Origin: Eledone cirrhosa
Lineage: Eukaryota
Direction of reading: 5' to 3'
Assembly: GCA_964016885.1 (NCBI GenBank)
Contig: OZ024740.1
Span: 96,844,001-96,908,000 of the forward strand
Length of the DNA stretch: 64,000 bases
Part shown: positions 57,424 to 64,000 of the stretch, one piece after another
How positions within the stretch are numbered: position 1 is the stretch's first letter
Layout of the letters: each line of letters starts with the position of its first letter
Translations under genes and position numbers: made by a program
Notes under the pieces: model-generated
The model's database searches: none
What the model saw: the letters and a program-made list of their open reading frames with translations, nothing else
Told to the model about the DNA's origin: nothing

Positions 57424-58069
57424 ATAATAAAATATAAATATTAATAAAATAGTTATTATTTTGATCAATTACATTTTATTATACATATTTATGATGTAAA
57501 ACAGTTCGTCCTCATCAGACAATATATAATGATACATGACATACCCTGAGATGTTAAATGATTAAGATTTAATCAACGTAGTGATTAACCTAAGAGAAGA
57601 TTTAACATATATACCTTAATTATGAGAAAATGCGAAAACGTAATAAATTCAATAGCGAATGTGTGAGTAAGAAAAACGTTGCTTAATGTAACAGTTATAC
57701 AGATTTTAAAATGTATGATACTACAATTTATCTAGGAAAACATCTCATGAATCATAACAGCCAGTGATAGCCCCTGGAAAAGGATTTATAGAGATGGAAA
57801 GATAAAGGTTAATCACTACCTTATTAACTATTAAATCTTAACCATTTAACATCTCAGGGTATGTCATGTATCATTATATTTAGTCTGGTGAGGACGTACT
57901 GTTGTACATCCGAAATATGTATAATAAAATGTAATTGATCAAAAGAATATCTATTTTATTAATATTTATATATTAATATTAATAACTCCGGAAAATTATT
58001 AATTGTAGAGTGCTTCCAATCTACTGTAAAACTCACTCTTTGACATACTCATTGAATATTGTTTAACAC

Positions 58070-58072
<3 letters not shown>
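57424..58072. mobile_element. Fold-back mini-element with a hammerhead in each arm
   Basis: Arms ~57427-57590 / 57808-57975. Consensus TTGT-CTGATGA-GGACGTAC-TGTT-GTACATCC-GAAA-TATGTATA^ATAA. Confidence 0.82.
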
Positions 58073-58165
<93 letters not shown>

Positions 58166-59224
58166 TAGAAAACGGAAGTAAGGCTCTATACAAAACAATG
58201 GATATAGAGAAAAGGTGAAGTTGGAAATAGCACGGAAAATATATTTAAGTATCTGTTTTTCTTTTTTTTCTTCTTTGCTTCATCAAAGTGACATTATTGA
58301 AAAAATGAGAGGAACAATTTTATATAATGTATATAAAATATATAAAAGATAACCTGTTTCGGTGTATCAGTGTCAGACATCTTAACAAATGTTGAATATT
58401 ACAATTAAAATGAATGAACGATAATAAAAATTTAAAATTTAAAATTAAGTTTTGAAAAGGTATGTTGCGAATACTGGGTCTAAAATGGAACCTTATATAT
58501 ATAGAAAGAGAGGTAGTCATATTAGTAGTAGTAGAAGTAGTGTTGATAGTCGTGTATTTTCACAAAACAAAATTATCATTAGGAATATTCTCAATTCTGT
58601 TAAAGGACTGGTTAGTGGTTCAGATAGGGATGGTGAAGAGGGGAAATGTAAGCACTATAAATGCTCAGATTCTTCCCTACAACAACAAAGAATGAATAAA
58701 AAAAACTATATACTTACATATTAACACCAAAATTAAATATGTATTGATTATTCATAAGGACCTATTGACTAAGCACATACACATTCACACAAAATATTCT
58801 TTGTAGAATACAGATATCTTAATCAAAATGTTGTGGTGGGGGTTTTATTATACTGGTTACTCTTAAAGCGACAAGCTTAAGCGATGCGTTGATAGTTAAG
58901 GCTGGAATTATTTATTGCCACAGAGGGCAGGTTCATAGATGTGGAGAGGCGGGGGCGAAAGCGAGAAATAGAGAGCGGGATGGAGATAGATGAAGAGATA
59001 GTGATAGAGCGGGGACAGACGAAAGCTATGGGATGGGTGTACATTGAGTTCATAGTTGTAGGCTACAAATTGCACTTAGGTATCCATTTATAGAGATAAG
59101 CAGGGTATTGTCTTGTAGTGTGGGGGATATAGTTAAGACGTTGTTATTGAGAGAAAGTAGTTAGCGAGAAAGCAATGTTATAGTTACATGTTCGAATGTT
59201 AAGTTATTTTATAGTGAGAGAATT

Positions 59225-59900
59225 TAGCCTTCAGTTTGTGGCAGCAGTATAATGATCGTTCGATTCTATCATTTAGTAATTTATTTTTGGATTTTAAGAT
59301 GTAAAAGAGTTCAAGGTTACATCACCTGCAGTACTTCAATCCATTCCGATATGCACTACCGCTGGAAAGTATATCCCATTTCAAGGTGAACTGTTGGTTG
59401 CGGTCACGGAGTTGCCAGGTCTTGTTGGCGAGCGTGGTCACAAAATGGTGATTAGGATGACGATACCAGCGAGATTTAAAGGAGGTAGTGGTAGACCCGA
59501 TGTCATACCATTTCTGGTCGTTAGATTCAACTGTGCTTTGATAAACAATGTTGAACTTTAGGCATTTATTCTTCAATGGACATCTTTCAGGTAGGTGGCA
59601 GTTACAGTTTTTATTGAGGGTAGCAGGTATACCATTGATAGGTTGGGATAACAGTACAGGAGGGTTGTGTAATACCCGTCTCCCATTTAGTAGTTGGGAG
59701 GTGGATACTACGTTATGCTCATCTGTTATTAAAATATTTTGTTTTGTAGAGTTATTTAATTGCTTTAAGTTAAGTTTTTTATGTATGCTTCAAGGTTTGG
59801 TGCAGTGGAGTATGACAGTTTAATAGTCTTAGAGTTCAGAATTTTACTGTATGTATGGGAACTAGGGAAACCTTGTTGATTATCTAGGGTGTATAACCAC
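59225..59900 (-). pseudogene. Decayed Naiad-type PLE GIY-YIG fragment (PLE-5)
   Basis: NCNCHLPERCPLKNKCLKFNIVYQ..DIGSTTTSFKSRWYRH..LKWDIL. Confidence 0.85.
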
Positions 59901-59996
59901 CGTGGAAACATTTTTAAGCACACTGAATAAATTACCTTTTCATAATGACTACCTGTTATTATTCATTCTTTATATATATATATATATCAAAGGTAT

Positions 59997-60237
59997 TATC
60001 AAAGGTGTATATTGAGTTAAAAACTCAAAATAGCCTCTTACAACAAAATAGCTCGAGAAAAGAGATTTGTCCGAGCCGTATTGAATATAAAAAACAAAAC
60101 AAACACAGATATGTACATATATGTGATCAAATCGTCATATTCAAATATAATATACGGCTCGGAAAAATATTTTTCCGAGAGCTATTTTGTTGTAAGAGAC
60201 TATTTTGAGTGTCTAACTCAATATATACATTTGATAT
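59997..60237. repeat. Fold-back next to a TA run
   Basis: ~85 bp arms 59998-60082 / 60151-60236. Confidence 0.75.
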
Positions 60238-60599
60238 ATTCGGCTCCGTTAATTTGTTGAGCTAATTCAAATGTCGAGTAAACCTGGCTGCTATGTTTAG
60301 TAGTGTGAGTTTGTGAGACACGCTAAGTTCAGATACCATGTGCGTTATTATATATATACGCACACTATTCAGTTTTTTAATATAATTAGAAGTGCCCAGG
60401 ATACTAATTTTCCCCCACTGATGAGCAAGAATCGGTATTCCTCTTGACAATTAATTTTACGAATCAACATAGCCAAAGCTCTATGGGCGATTGGTAGTTA
60501 CCACAATTCCAGTTTGTATTTATTTTCTTGATTTATTCTTTCAGAAAATACATGAAATCTAAACAAAGCAATTAAGCAAAGCATTTATTCGACCAAGGT

Positions 60600-61620
60600 G
60601 GGGGAGAAATGATGTGGAACAGAAATATAACATGGATTGCATGTACAAATGTAGTCTAGATAGATGTGAAACAAAACGAGGATTTAGTTTATGGAACACC
60701 CAAGTGATTTAGAAGTCGACACCACATAATTTTGTTTTGAACATTTTGAAAGTAGGTTTATAAGGATGAAATTTTGTAAGATTTTCGTAGCTGTCTCAGT
60801 GGCCTAGAGCTAGGATTTAGAGACGGTGGAGATTCTGGTTTTTGATTCAATCATTGTGAAGAGGTACATGTAACCTTTTACAGTTGTTATTTACAACCAA
60901 TAGAAATAAATGGAAACGCTTAACGGGAACCCTATTCCAGACTAGTATCGAACTTCAGACCAGGATCACCACCATCTATAATTCCTCGACCTAAACCACT
61001 GAGACAACTACAAAAGTATAAGGAACATTGATAATTATAAATCTACTTTGAAAATCAATGTTAAAAAGTTGTGGTGTAGTTCATGGCTTTCCTGGAGCTA
61101 CTAGTAATATTTAGGGTTGAGTTGTCATTCTTCTGCCCCTTTGGTAACAACCTTATTATTACTACGTGTGTTTAACTGTTGAATCAATTTAATTTGATTA
61201 GTTAAGCAAACAAATAATATATATATATATATATATATATAATGTCAATCATTGTAAGTTTGAATCTGACATACAAAAACATATATATATATAAATAAAG
61301 TAACCCCAAATCATAGTAGATTCAAATAACACAGAGAGAAACAGAGAGAGAGAGGGGTAGAAATGAGGTGCAACAGAAATGAAACATGGAATACTGGATA
61401 AAATGTAGTTTAAATAGATGTGAAACAAAATGAGGATGTAGTTTATGGTCACCCAAATGACATAGAAGTCGACCTTAAGTAGGAGCAAAAATAACGTTAA
61501 GAAAGTTTTGAAATTGTTGAAAGTAGGTTTATAAGTATGCATTTTTATAAGATTTTCGCACTTGACTCTGTGGCCTAACGGTAGGTACTAGAGGCGGTGG
61601 CGATAATGTCTTTTGGTTCA
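60600..61620. repeat. Old direct + inverted repeat cluster
   Basis: 60605-60850 resembles 61355-61620, and 60960-61080 is an inverted copy of 60720-60840. Confidence 0.6.
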
Positions 61621-62601
61621 ATTCTGGTCAACATGTCACAATATATAATATTTTTTATTGGAGTGGGTAAGTTATTTTCCCACCAAAATGTGATTGCACT
61701 GTTTTGTTTCCACTTATGTATTTTTCGAAAATGTTATTTATTCATTATAAAAATAAAAATGATAGCCTTCTATATGTAGGTGGCAACAATATTTTTAGGG
61801 CCAGTACGCCACTGTGTATATATATGGTAACACTTAAACAAAATAGATACATATATAGACATGAAATATTTCAATGTAGTCGAAAGTCTTCCTTCAAACA
61901 TAAATGCTGTAAAAAGAAAATCAGTCGTCATTCCAATAATGCTGATGAAAAGATGACAATTATAGTCCCGGGTGCTGACGATGATGATGATAACGATATC
62001 CATATTTTCAGTCGTCTCAACTATCATTCATATTCATCAGTATTATCGATATGTATAAGCAAAATGTATGAAAATGTAAGTAAAGCTGCATTTAATTATA
62101 TATTATAAATATAATATTACGGAAGTAATGTTTCCTAAGTGAACCAACTGCTGAATGATTGATTACAGTGAGTGGGGGAATGCTACGCATGTAATTTGAT
62201 GAAAGTTCATAAGCATATAAAAGCTGTTAAATAATGGAAAACTGATTTTTTTTTTTGTTTGCTTTAATTTTCTTTTTTATTTTGCATGTTGTTTTGGGTT
62301 TGTTTGTTTTTTTCCTTTTCGTATAATCCACTAACATGATCAGCCATTTCAAGATATTTAACGTTGGGGAAACAGAACCGAACAATGCCTTTCTATTTCT
62401 CAGTGAGATATAAACGAAATAGTCATGAAAGTATATTCCGATAAAAATATATCTTATACAATTATCATTGATATTTCACATAAAACTACATGAAACGTGA
62501 AGTATTGAGAAATTCGTAGAATCCAATTAACTTACATTTGAAGGCCATAATAGTTTTACTATTGCTCTTCATATTATCTAGGTGTATATATACTATATTA
62601 A

Positions 62602-63013
62602 TTACCCTCTTGGCAGTATCGGTAGAGAGTCGGGCACCATGCTTTGAAGCATAGAGTTACGTCTCTTTATGATCTGAGTTCAAAACCCGCCGAGGTTAAC
62701 TTTTCCTTTCATCCTTACGGGGTCGATAAAATAAAGTACCAGTCACGCACTGAGGTCGATTTAATCGACTTTCCCATCCCCCAAAATTGGTGGCCTTGTG
62801 CCTATATAAGAAACCACTATATTACTTACCCTCTTGGCAGTATCGGTAGAGAGTCGGGCACCATGCTTTGAAGCATAGAGTTACGTCTCTTCATGATCTG
62901 AGTTCAAATCCCGCCGAGGTTAACCTTGCCTGTCATCCTTACGGGGTCGATAAAATAAAGTACCAGTAATGTACTGCGTAATTGCTGGTTTTGTGCCAAA
63001 AATAGAAACAATT
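62602..63013 (+). mobile_element. Tandem pair of tRNA-derived SINEs
   Basis: A box TGGCAGTATCGG (62611, 62835), B box GAGTTCAAA.CC and the shared central domain. Confidence 0.88.
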
Positions 63014-64000
63014 AATTACCCTCATTTTTATTAATATTTTGTAATTTTATCTGCTTAAATTTATGTATTTCATTTACGGGTATAAGCCTCAAAATATTAC
63101 AACCGACGTAACTAAAACCCACAAATTCAAACAACAAGAGATCAATGACAGTGATTTATAAATCATGCATACAATATCTTGAAGTTGTTACTTCTATTAT
63201 CTACAATATATCTGGACCGTACTGAGATCTCTACGTGATCGTCTGGAAAAGACCCTGTTATTTCACATCATTTCTGCTGCCCGATCTCTCAACTCCGAAA
63301 CGTATATGAAAACATTTTTACTTCATGAAAATTCGCCCATTTTAGTCTCAATTCCCAATCCATTGCTATTGCGTGTTCTTTTAGTAAACTTCAAACCTGT
63401 AGGCTTGCATAGAATTAAAAACAAGAGCTTCACCTATAAACTTACAACTGGTCTTGAACTGAATGGATGTACATTGCTAACGTAGCACTGTTGGACTTCG
63501 TTTAACGCATTTATAAACTATGTAACGAAGCCAATATCTAATTTATTGAATACGTAGAGCAATGTAAGCTGGGTCACACTCTGGTAAAGTGTTCTACCTT
63601 AAATGTAGATCTTTCTGCTTCTTTATAACAGATCAGATTATTCCAGGACCAAATTGTTTTAAAATAACTAATTACTGTTAGAAATGATCACTTCTTTTCT
63701 TGTATCCTAGTGCACATAAAGCTGTTTCGCCATTGCTGTTTCACTGTTGTTTCCACTACAAAAGCCATTGAATTTGTCCATCCATATTTCTACATAATCA
63801 TAATCAATGTTATGTAATTTGATTCAATGAAAAAGCCGACTTCATGTGATCAATCGACCTACGAGAAATAACAGCCAATACATCCACACATCCCACATGA
63901 CTGTCTTAAATATGAGACGGTCACATTAGATAACATGATAATAAAAACCATATGCATAAAAGGATAGAATGGAACGGCAGAAAGGCTTTTGATTACATTT

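Overview
AT-rich eukaryotic DNA with dense (TA)n/(CA)n microsatellites. The SINE and repeat content looks octopus/cephalopod-like (inference). No intact host gene is evident, and most listed ORFs are microsatellite artefacts. The window is dominated by mobile DNA: five Penelope-like elements (PLEs; three with the Naiad-type CxCx5Cx5C linker), a decayed Ty3/gypsy LTR element with a tRNA-Trp PBS, tRNA-derived SINEs, a Helentron-like element and decayed DNA-transposase fragments. The main signal is a recurring architecture of about a dozen asymmetric fold-back insertions in or beside (TA)n, from about 130 bp to about 4.8 kb. Many carry type I hammerhead ribozymes, including three families with a compensatory U3-A8 core (UUGANAA) and a non-coding tandem unit of about 450 nt that resembles a retrozyme. 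All alignments and folds were done by eye.
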